Of a stretch of 64,000 nucleotides of DNA, positions 51,501 to 62,724 are shown piece by piece. Under the pieces are notes generated by a model. That model saw only the letters and a program-made list of their open reading frames with translations. It made no database searches and was not told where the DNA came from. The position numbers and the translations under genes were made by a program. Source of the DNA: Phaeosaccion multiseriatum (taxonomy: Eukaryota; Protista; Ochrophyta, other classes); NCBI GenBank assembly GCA_965112735.1, contig OZ218952.1:5456001-5520000 (forward strand). The letters are read 5' to 3'. Numbering within the stretch: the stretch's first letter is position 1; each line of letters begins with the position of its first letter.

Positions 51501-52337
51501 AGTTTGAAGGGGAGGCTTTCGGTACACTACGGACTTGTGTGAACACGTTCACGAAAAACCAGGTACAAGGCTGCTGCGAGCGAAGAGTAGGCCCAAGAGT
51601 AGGCCTGTGTTGACGACTTTGCTCTCCGAAACCTGTGTTCTGACGCCGAATTCCTTTTGTTCCTCTCTTCTCTCGAAGGAATCCCTGCGGAAGGCGCGAG
51701 AGGAGCTTCTCAAAGACGGCGAAAGTCTTGTAATGAAGGACGATACGGATTACCAAGTCTTCCTGAGCCACGCTGGGACGGAGAAGCGGGGCATTGTGTC
51801 TCTGCTGCACAGATGTCTGTGGCAGAGAGGAATTCCGACTTTCTTGGATGAGAGAAGCCTGGAGGCAGGAGACCGCGCGGAGGACAAGATGCTCCAGGTG
51901 GCTGACACCGCCCCGATTGGCGTGGTCGTGCTGAGTCCGTCTTTTGTGCGCCGAGAGTGGCCTCTTCAGGAGATGAAAATCTTCATGGAGAGGGCGAAGA
52001 AGGGGGAAGCAACGCTGGTGCCGTTATTCTTCGGGCTGACGGTTGAGGAATGCTGGAACACGCAGCTACTACAAAAGAACCATATCCTGACGTGAGGGAT
52101 ACGTGGGGCGAATGGGGAGCAGGGGAAGGAGGGGATTGGGATTGGCTAGAGGAGGGAGAGACAGCGGTAGGGCTTGCTCAACGCCTGCTGGGGGGTGTGG
52201 GTACGCACACGGGTCTCCGCGACGACCAGAAAGAAGATCTGTTTGCTTTCGCCAAAAGAGTGGCCAACAAGGTGGAAAGGGCATTGACGACGTTTCATTC
52301 CAAGTCCAAGAAAAGAAAGGCAGAAGCCCTGACATGA
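45550..52337 (+). CDS. LRR-ROC-COR-TIR protein, paralog 3; 16 LRR exons (two are 144 bp); frameshift late in the TIR exon
   Basis: Same structure as the other paralogs. AACCATATCCTGAC at ~52078-52091 versus AACCATCCTGAC in paralogs 1 and 2 gives a stop at 52095; the ancestral frame would end at 52337. Confidence 0.82.
45973..48422 (+). repeat. LRR cassette array 3 (14 x 72 bp plus 2 x 144 bp)
   Basis: Exon starts: 45973, 46121, 46270, 46419, 46565 (144 bp), 46786, 46934, 47082, 47235, 47388, 47541, 47689, 47838, 47984 (144 bp), 48203, 48351. Confidence 0.95.
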
Positions 52338-53116
52338 CGGGTACCGTAGCACAAGAATGAACTTGTATATAAATGTATTGTGTAGTGGAAGGAAGATCCA
52401 GAAACGTGACGGCCAGCCAGAGCCGCCAGCCTTCGGGCCTACGTGCTTCCACGCCGGGCCTTCTCAGGTGGTGGCCTTGTTTTTGGACTCTGCTTGCCTC
52501 TTGTCTGTCTCTCTCGTTCGCTCGCTCGCTCGCTCCTCCACGCTCCTTTGGTGTAACTTTGGTGTGCGTTGGTGTGCCTCACGCTTGACTTGTGTGGTGA
52601 GCCGTCAAGGACCCTCCACTTCACATACACGTGTTGTACTAAAATAAAACGGAGGGGAGTCCTTGTCATGTTGCAAGTTGCTGGGATGTGAGTGAGGCAA
52701 CGTCTTAGCACCTTAGGAATCACATTGCGGGGTCCGGCCTCACTCTCCGCTCTAGTCGTACAAATTAATCCATAAACTATAATTGAATTGACAGATGGTA
52801 TTAAAAAAAAATGGTATTACACAAAAGGAGAGCTTGCTTGGGTTGTGCTCAAACACATAAGACCATGCAACAAGTATACCCCTCCCCCTTACCCTACAAA
52901 CCCTGGCCCAGACAGGGTAACCGCCCCCCCCCTCGGTCTTTCCCACTTGGGCCTCTAAGAACCCATTTTTTGCTTACATGGGGCTCTCAGGGTACCCATT
53001 GTTTGCTTACCTGGGCCTCAGGGTATCTAGTGTTTGCCTACTTCGACCTCATTTGGGCCCCAGGTACCCATTACCCATTGTTCGCTTACTTGGGCCTGAG
53101 GGTGCCCATTATGTGT

Positions 53117-54735
53117 TTACTTGGGCCTCAGGGTGTTGATTATTTTGGCTCTATCGTCGTCATACACGTCTTCCCCGAGCCCAATCTTGGGGTTGCTCAG
53201 GAACTCGTTCTGAGGAGGAGGAGGAGGAGGAGGAGGAGGAGGAGGAGGAGGAGGAGCAGGAGGAGGAGGAGGAGCAGCAGGAGGAGGAGGAGGGTGAGGA
53301 GGAGCAGCAGGAGGAGGAGGAGGAGGGTGAGGAGGACACACACACACACAGGCACACACACACGCCCAGGCAACACGGGCAAACACACACGCCCAGACAG
53401 CACGGGCAAACTCAAACACACACATACACGCACACCCACACATACACACACATGCACACATATATACACACGCCGACACACATACACACACACCCACACA
53501 CCCACCTGCGCATCGTCGCTCTGATACACACACGAGAGCAGCGGGTTGTCGTCAAGATCGCCCACAAAGGCCCATGTATTCATGCCGTTCTTACACGTGT
53601 TGACCTCCTTATCCGACAGCAAATGGCGACGCTGCAGCACCTCTACCACGTTAGCGGGCCTCAGCACACACGCCGGCTTGACGTCCGCTTGGCTCACATG
53701 GATGGAGAAGGGGTTGAAGGTGACAAACACGCGTTGGTCCAGAGCCATGGCGGAGGAACCGTATATCTGCGGAGGATTGAGGATGGAGGAGGAGGAGGAG
53801 GAGGATGGAGGAGAAGGAGGAGGATGGAGGAGGAGGAGGAGGAGGATGATGGAGGATGGAGGAGGAGGAGGAGGAGGAGGAGGAGGAGGAGGAGGAGGAG
53901 GAGGAGGAGGAGGAGGAGGAGGAGGAGGGGGAGCGGGCCCGGGTGGGGTGGGGTGGGTGGTGGGGTGGCAGAACAGAGTAGAGAGGAGTAGAGGCATGAG
54001 ACAGAGAGAGGACAATGGTTCATCAGGACTGATCAGGACTGACACTCAAACAAAGTAGAGGCATGAGACAGAGAGAGGACAATGGTTCATCAGGACTGAT
54101 CAGGACTGACACTCAAACAAAGTAGAGGCATGAGACAGAGAGAGGACAATGGTGCATCAGGACTGATCAGGACTGACACTCAAACAAAGTGTGGCGTGCT
54201 CTCTCCTCTTCCCTCTCCTCTGTTCGCCCCTCTCTACCTCCTCTCCAGCTGGACTGACGGAATGACGGACGAACGGAAGTGGGGGTGGGCTTGCGCCCTC
54301 CTCTCTCCCCTCTCTCCTCTATTCTGTTCTCGCTCTCCTCTCTCCTCCGGCCTCTTTCTCCCCTCTCTCCTCCGGTCTGTTTCTCTCCTCTCTCCTATCC
54401 TCTTTCTCCTCTATTCTCTCCCTCCCCTCTCTCCTCTGTTCCCTCTCCTCTCTCCTCCTCCTCTCTGGTCTCTCTCTCCTCTCTCTTTCCTCCGGCGTCT
54501 CTCTCTCCCCTCTCCTCCGTTCTCTGTCCTCCGTTCTTTTTACTCTCCTCTCTTCCCTGTCCTCTCTCTTTCCTCCGGTCTCTCTCTCCTCTCTCCTCTG
54601 TTCTCCCCTGTACCTGGCAAATATTAGGGTTCGGCGCTTGGCGGTCGATGGCGTCTCGGCTGGCAAGGTCCTTCGGGTTGGTGTTGATGGCGGAGTCAAG
54701 CGTTACGCCCGTGCCTATACCGAGCACGAACATGC
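53117..54735 (-). pseudogene. DUF3172-like gene fragment, copy 3
   Basis: Same three exons, truncated at the same junction. Confidence 0.72.
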
Positions 54736-55649
54736 CTGCGACGACAGAGAGAGGAGGGGGGGGGAGGGGGAGGTAGAGACAAGAGAGCGAGGGCGCGCAC
54801 ACGCAGAGACGGGAGGCGTCAGTCGGAGAGGGGAAAAGAGAGCCCCTCTATCGTCTCCAGACGTCGGTGCATGAGCTGCTGCGGTTGAGACTGTGGTGGC
54901 CGGTTGCCAACAGCATCAGTGTGCAAGACACCCTCCAGGTGACTCACCCGAGCCTGCATCGCTCGTCCTGTCAATGGGGCCTACGCAGGCGCTGGTCGTC
55001 CCCCCGACCCACCACTAGTACTGCCACTGGCTGCATCACCAAACAAGGCTTCCTCTGCAGTAGTGTTCCATGGAGAGCGAGTATATGGCAGCAGCGGAAG
55101 CAGTGAAGGAGCTACTGTTTCACAGAGGTTTGGCGCAACGACGGCGAGAACGGGAGCTACCCTTACGGAGTTGGCTTTGCACGAGGATAACCAGGGGTGA
55201 CAGGAGGAAAAAGGGGTGTATCCAGTGGGAAAGGAACGCAAGTTCGAAGCGAACACGCCACACCGACGTCCGTTATCATTTCTGCAGTACCACGTGCGCA
55301 AGAGGACGAAAAGAAGGGCTGGCACCTCAGCCCAGCCAGGTACACAGCGGTCTGGCATTTTCAAGGTCACATCCATTTGTGAATTTGATGGATTCAAAGC
55401 TCGTTCAGCGTGTGTCTAAGTAATGGTGAGACGTTACTTTTAGACAACCATAGGATGGCACTTAAGGGTGTATATCTCAGGCCCAGTCTTCCTTCCGTAA
55501 TGAGACTGGCCAGCGTCGATTTGGGAGTTGCAAATGGAGCAGTGCTTGACAGGGAAGGGGCGAGAATAGCCCTCAGGACATTTTGGCCGACGTCGCAGGA
55601 AGAGCCGCACCAGTCAAGAGAGCACGAGCATCGGACATCATTTTGAAGG

Positions 55650-57240
55650 TTTTATATATTACACCCTTAAGTGCCATCTATGGTTGTCTAAAAGTAATGT
55701 CTCACCGCCCCGGGGAACTTAGCCCTCGAGGGCGTGTCCCTCTGACTCATCAGTTCTCCCCATTGGAACAAAGTTGATACCAGCCAGGATCCTGTGTCGA
55801 ACCGATCGTTCGTGTCGGGCCCGCTGGAGCGCTACGGCTAATCGTCGCCGAATGACGCAAACAGCTCTCGCGTAAGCCCTCGTGTCCAGATGTTCGTGCC
55901 CCCCAGCCATGTGGGTGGCGAGTGTTTTCATCAACATCTGAGCAGAAGGACCAAATGCACCTTGCTGTTCTATTGCGAAAGGGACGAGGTGGTATCGCGT
56001 GGGGTCATAGTGGATGTCCCCACCCTGGCCTTCCATGCCTACCTGTGGCACCCCATACCTGGTCCGCTTGGTAGCTTCAGCCTTCTTGGCTGCCGCGAGT
56101 GCCTCCTTCGATGCCTTGGCCCGGTTGGTGGTGTTGGTGGCATCTGTGAGCGTGACGTCGATCATGAGGGACTTGTGGCCGTCGCCATATTCATGATCGG
56201 ACGGAAGCTCAAACATCCTGGGGGGAGTCACGATGTCCATCTCCATCTGCTTGGCCACGTGGGCGTCACTCCTCACGGCGTTGCTCCCCCCTCTCCCTCG
56301 TCGCGGGGTGATCGTTCTTGCCCTCATGAAGAAGGGGAAGCTGGTGTTCTGGACTATCCCTCTGCCCAGGCCCTCGCTCTTCAGCAGGGCGACAAGTGCC
56401 TTCTGCACAGCGTCGTGTTGGGGTGTGCTGAGCCCCGTCTTCGTGCAGGTAACGATGTGCCCCTCCGTCAGCGCCTTGCCAGGGCACTTATGACAGTCCT
56501 TGCTGTAGGTGGGGTCAAAGCCAAGTCTTCGCCGAATGGCACTCTTGTGCTCGGCGTCTGTGAGGTGGAGTGGTGCTCCCCCTGCCGTCTTGGTCGGCTG
56601 AAGGTGGAGCCACGCACCAGCACCTTTCACGCTGTGGCTGAGGGCTCTGGCCAGGTACTTCTCCCGTTGGTCCTGCTGTGGAATGGCTTTCAATCGTTCC
56701 AAGAAGTCCGCCCTCGCCTTCGACGTGAGGAGCTTGGTATAACGCTTCTGGGCGCCTCGCCGCTCTCCGTGTCGGCTGTGTGGAATGGAGGGTCCTCCCT
56801 CGTCCAACATCCTGGTTTCCTCTGTCCGCCAGCGTGGCCGGCCGCCCTCATCATCGTCATCATCACCGCCTGGTTCCACATCATGCTCATCCTCAGGGGC
56901 TGCGTCACTTCCACCATCTGGGTCGTCACTTTCACCCTGTGGGTCTTCATCACTCCCCCCCCCTGGGTCTGCCTCGCTATCAGAGGTTGGTCCATCTGCG
57001 GTCCCCTGCTGCCCTGCCGCCGCGTCGCACCCTTCCGCACCCACCCCAGGGTGTATCCCTGCGGCCCCAACATTATCCTCTTCGTCTAAGTCTGCTCCTT
57101 CACCCCCAGATTGTGTCTCATCCCCCCCGGGGGCATCACTCGCCGCCGGCTGGTCCCCTCTGCCACCGACAGGTGTGTACCCTTCATGCTCTGGGGTGTC
57201 GTCTCTCTCCGGGAAGAGCGTGGTGATCAGCCAGGCATCA
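55650..57240 (-). mobile_element. Longest 5'-truncated CRE-like fragment (acidic linker, CCHC, RLE, 3' UTR)
   Basis: ORF 55719-57044, open upstream to ~57240, with the same motifs as 33750-34765. No RT motifs. No clear TSD, and adjacent host sequence is deleted relative to unit 2. Confidence 0.82.
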
Positions 57241-57506
57241 GTCAGTCATCAGTCAGTCATCAGTCAGTCACATGGCTGAGGGCAAGGCACGGTCTTTCCA
57301 CATCCTGCACTCGCCATTTGTGAGTCCCTCGTACTTTGCTCCTCCTGCCTCGCCTCCCCCCTTCTCCCACTTCTTGCCAACTCCAACCCTCTTCTCTCCT
57401 CCTCCTCCTCCTCCTCCCTGCCGAGGGCGCAGCCCGAAGCACCACCTTGTAAGGGTGTAATTATATCTAAGTAAGCGATTTTTTTGGCGTGTTCGAAGGT
57501 TGCAGG

Positions 57507-60500
57507 ATGTCTAGCGTCCTCGACGAGCAGCGTAGGATACTCACAACCATCTTTCACGCCACGAGCGGACCCGCTTGGTCTAACACTGCAGGATGGAACA
57601 CGGAAGCACCATTGGAGACCTGGTTCGGAGTGGGCGTAGAGAATGGCTATGTGGTGAAGCTCGACCTGATAAGCAATGGCCTCAAAGGTGAGAGAGATGT
57701 GATTATGGTTGTTGCGCCTTGGGTCCTTAAGAGTTTTCTAAAGTCTTAAAGGTTCGAAAAGGTCGCTCTTTGTTCATGCAACAACATGTGATGGGTCTAG
57801 CATATTCGGGAAGGACGAAGTAAAGGGGGGCAAGAATGAGGCAGCGGCATGACGTGGTAGTCCAGCGATCCGTTCGCGTCCCCTTGACTTGACTTGATAT
57901 TAGTATGACTGAACAACTTTCCCCACATCTCAGGGAGTATTCCGCCGCAATTTGGAGAGCTTTCGCACCTTCGAGAACTTTCTCTCATCGCGAACAATCT
58001 AGAAGGTAGGTGGTACGCACACCCGTTCGCGTCCCTTTCGCTTGATTGTAGCGTGACCAAAGAGCTCTCCTTCCATCCACAGGGAACCTTCCCAAGGAGT
58101 TGGGAGATCTGACCAACTTGACGTGGCTCTCACTGGAAAACAACAAGCTCACCGGTGAGTGGTACACTTTCCCCTTTCGCGTCCTCTTGACTTGATATTT
58201 AGTATGGCTGAAGAACTTTCCTCCCATCCGCAGGGAGGATTCCGCCGCAACTTGGACAGCTTTCAAACCTTCAATACCTACGGCTCGATAATAACAATCT
58301 AGAAGGTAGGTGGCATATATATATATATATATATATACGCACACCCGTTCGCGTCCCTTTTACTTGATATGAGTATGACCAAAGAACTTTCCACCCATCC
58401 GCAGGGAGTATTCCACCCGAGCTTGGATGCCTTGAGAAGCTTCAGAATTTGGTCCTCCAGAACAACACTCTAGAAGGTAGGAGGTACGCGTACCCGTTCG
58501 CGTACCCGTTCGCGTCCCCTTGACTTGATATGAGTATGACCAAAGAACTTTCCTCCCATCCGCAGGGAGCATTCCACCCGTGCTTGGAGGTCTTCAGAAC
58601 CTTGTGTTTCTGTCCCTCAGCGGCAACAAGCTCACTGGTGAGTGGTACGCGCACCCGTTCGCGTCCCTTTCACTTGATATGAGTATGACCAAAGAACTTT
58701 CCTCCCATCCGAAGGGAGCATTCCAAGGGACCTTGGAAGTCTGGAGAGACTTGTGCGTTTGGACCTCTCCGACAACAAGCTCACTGGTAAGTGGGACGCG
58801 TACCCGTTCACGTCCCTTTCACTTGATACTTGGGTAGGGAACATGGCGAGATTTTCGATTAGCCCCTTCTGAGTGGTCCGGCTCCCTCGGCGACGTTCAG
58901 CTTGACCCACTGCTGCATTTCAAGACTCGCCACGCATCCTCCGCCGTGCCGTTCTATCTTGTCGCATCCCTGCCTGCAGGCTTTGCAACGGACACGAGTG
59001 AAGATTGGATACTCACATTTTGCAAGGGGATCCACTACTTTCAGGGGGAAGATAACTCGCCGCAGTACTTTCAGGTGCAAGATAATCCGCTTCAGTATCC
59101 GCCAGTTGGGGTGCTGCTGCAAGGACGGCACATGACGCAAAAGTACTTCGATGACTTGCGCAAGTGTTCAAAAGAAGTAAGGAGCCTCAAGGCCATGCTC
59201 TTAGGGCCCACAACAGTAGGCAAGACCAGGTACGATATGCCCTCTTCGTCACTTTGTCCTGTCTAGCTAAGTGCGATGGGCGACAGAGGAGTTCGAGGGC
59301 AGGAGAGAGGAGGGGAGAAATGCTAAGATACACACGTCTCGTTATTACCCACTGCTCTTGGTTAGCTTCCAACATGCCTTCCCCCCCCCCCGACGTTTCG
59401 TCCTTGTGTAGTTTGATGCGTAGCATCAGAGCAGGGCGGCCCAAAGCAACGGTGGAAGGGGAGAACCCGTCGACGGTCGGTGTTCACGTCGAGGGCTGCG
59501 AGCTCAAGACGTCGGAGGGTTCGGTTGTATCGTGTCGCTTCTTCGACTGTGGTGGTCAGCAAGACTATCACGGCCTGAGCAGCATGTTTATGACAGAAGG
59601 AGCTGCCTACCTGCTGGTGTGGAGTCCGCCCGACGATCCAAATGGCGCTGAGCTTGAACCGTTCTTTGAAATGCTCAAGCACGGCGCTTCGAAGTCCACT
59701 GCGCTCGGTGTAGCCAATAAATGCGACCAGTGGAAGGAGGCTCAGAGCGATTTGACGGCACGCTGTACGTCATTTCACAGTCTTGTGAAGGAGCAGCTCC
59801 GCGACGGGCGCATAACGTTGGGGGGGGAAATACACATGACGAGCTGCAAGGAGGACGGAGGGCGGGAGGAGGAGCTGAGGGTGTTGATGGAGGCGTTAAC
59901 GGACCTAGGCCAGACGTACGTAGTGGGTCCCTTGCTGGAGAAAGCAGTGGCCCTTCTGGACCGCATGGCGAAGGGGCACATCCTTCTGACAATGGGTGAA
60001 GTGGAAGAAGCGTGGAAGGTGGAGTTGCAGAAGGACGGAGACGAAGACGAGGACAAGGAGCTTGCGGATGTGATGCTCCAGTGCGGAGTCAATATGCTGT
60101 AAGTACGGAGGACCTTTGGGGCGAGTTTGTGCGGAATTGAGCGAGCCTATTAGCTGGGTATGGTCCAGATTCCCAAGGTTGTTGGCGTGGCTGAATACGG
60201 TTCGGACCAGCAAGGGCCGTTTTGTATTGAGTCCGAGGCAAGAGGGAACGTAAGCACCCGTGGGGGGCGGGGGTAGCTAGATCACTTTCCCGCCATGCCC
60301 CTCTCATTGCAACTCTCGGTGGGCGTGCAGGGACAGGAATGGAAGACTCGTGGTGGCTGGAGGCGTGGAGAAAGGTGCAGCCATTGTTCTTTCAGAGGCG
60401 GCCTTGTTTTCCAAGTTGATCAGTCCGCTCCTGACTCCGGCCGATGCCATCACTTCCGACGGTGAAGAAGTGCTTCTCGGTCGCAACGAGGTGTGTGTGA

Positions 60501-62724
60501 GATGGCAAAGAAAGATAGGAAGGGTTAGAACTTGGCCAGAGTTTACTGATGTTGTGTCGTCCGTCTGACATGCCTCCCCCCTTGTCCACACTTGTCTCTT
60601 TGCTTGCCTCCACCTGCCGTATCCTCGGTATTGCTTTTTTGTTGCCCCACGGAAGGGACCTTTCACACCACCCGCACTGAAGCCACTGAAGCCGAAGCGA
60701 CAAGTGGACGACGACGATGGACTTAAACTTGACAGACGTGGTGCCAACCAACTCAAGGATGGGGTGCTGACGGTTGGTTTCGCCAGATCGGTGTGGAACG
60801 CCGTTCTTCTTCGTGAGGGGGGGGACGGGGGAAGGACTTTCGACGAACAACAAGAAAAGGCTCTGCTGGGAAGGTTGGTGGACCTGGGCATCATTTTTGA
60901 GAAGGCTGAGTACGACAATGACCCGGGAGGGGTCATTGGTGGTGGCAATCCTGCCGAGGAGCAAGAGCTCCAATTCGTGGTCTCCCTCCGCATGCCAGAT
61001 GCGATGGACAGCTCGAACAAGCAAGCGCAGGCATTGAGAGAAGCGGCGGATGCGATCAGTGAGAAGATGAAGGAAGGGGAATACTTGAAGCAGGTGTACC
61101 TCCAGCTGGAGCGCCCCCCTTCCCCCGGGACCATTGCCAGGCTGGTGTCTACTCTTTCCACCAAGGGACTCGGTGAGGTGGCGGTTGGCTGGAGGCAAGG
61201 GGCGTTGTTCGTCGATGCACAACAGGCGTACATGGCATTTGTCAGCTATGACTGGACGAAACAACGCTTGTACCTGAAGGTGGCTGGTCTGTGGGAAGAA
61301 GGGGAGAAGCAGGTGAGGAAGAGGAAGGGGGGTCATATACGTGGCCTGATGTACTCACCACCGCGTCGCACTTACTCTGACTCTTGCAAGTTGTGTTTCT
61401 ACACTTTTTCGTTTTTGCGCTTCATCAACAATGCAACAAAGTGCGACTCTTTCCCGACCGTTGCGATGGGCTTGTTGCTCCGGCACACGGTCCGCCATCT
61501 CTCCTCCCACAAGTGCCGGTGGAAGGCCGTGTACGTGGTGAAGGACATGAAAGAAGAGTGGGGGCCACTCTGTGAGGTAAGAGAGAGTGTGTGGACTATG
61601 CTTGTGGTATAGTCGAGGCTTCTCTCGTGCCAGAGAAGCGTTGCTATCAGCTTGCGTGTGGCTGACAGATATCATAACTTTTGTGTTTTGGGGCGGAAAC
61701 AGGGAGACCTTCAGGAACTCGGGTGTGTGCTGGATAGCAGGTCGAGGAAAGCTGAGGCAGGCACAGACGAGCAGCGCCGGTTGTCTAAACATGATGTCGA
61801 GGGGCTGATCGCTACACCCGTCCCGAGCCCCCGCTGGGCGCCGCCGACCCTGGCCACGGATCACTTTGGAGACGAGTGGAAGAGGGTCTGCCACGACTTT
61901 AGAGAGGAGGCTTTCGGTACACTACGGACTTGTGTGAACACGTTCACGAAAAACCAGGTACAAGGCTGCTGCGAGCGAAGAGTAGGCCCAAGAGTAGGCC
62001 TGTGTTGACGACTTTGCTCCCCGAAACTTGCGTTCTGATGCGGATTTCCTTTTGTCCCTCTCTTCTATCAAAGGAACGCCTGCAAAAGGCGCGAGATGGG
62101 CTTCTCAACGACGGCGTAAGTCTTGTAATGAAGGACGATACGGAGTACCAAGTCTTCCTGAGCCACGCTGGGACGGAGAAGCGGGGCATTGTGTCTCTGC
62201 TGCACAGATGTCTGTGGCAGAGAGGAATTCCGACTTTCTTGGATGAGAGAAGCCTGGAGGCAGGAGACCGCGCGGAGGACAAGATGCTCGAGGTAGCCAA
62301 GGCCGCCCCGATTGGCGTGGTCGTGCTGAGTCCGTCTTTTGTGTGCCGAGAGTGGCCTCTTCAGGAGATGCAAATCTTCATGGACAGGGCGGAGAAGGGG
62401 GAAGCAACGCTGGTGCCGTTATTTTTCGGGCTGACGGTTGAGGAATGCTGGGACACGGGCAAATTAGAAGACGACCATCCCGGCGTGAAGAAGACATGGG
62501 GAAAGTGGAGCAAAGGGGAGGAAGGGGGTTGGGGTTGGCTTGAGCAGGGGAAGACAGCAGACGAGCTTGCGAAAGACCTGCTGTGGGGTGTGGGTATGCA
62601 CACGGGTCTCCGCGACGACCAGAAAGAAGATCTGTTTGCTCTCGCCAAAAGAGTGGCCAACAAGGTGGAAAGGGCATTGACGACGTTACATTCCAAGTCC
62701 AAGAAAAGAAAATTCGAAGGGTAG
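57507..62724 (+). CDS. LRR-ROC-COR-TIR protein, paralog 4; N-cap plus 6 LRR exons
   Basis: Same structure. Roc and TIR motifs are intact. Stop at 62724. Confidence 0.88.
57934..58786 (+). repeat. LRR cassette array 4 (6 x 72-bp exons)
   Basis: Exon starts: 57934, 58083, 58234, 58405, 58566, 58715. Confidence 0.95.

Noticed and set aside
20491-57240. Invertible promoter switch (retro fragment in opposite orientations in different units)
   Set aside because: The insertion points, lengths and TSDs differ and the flanking host sequence is not inverted, so these are independent insertions.
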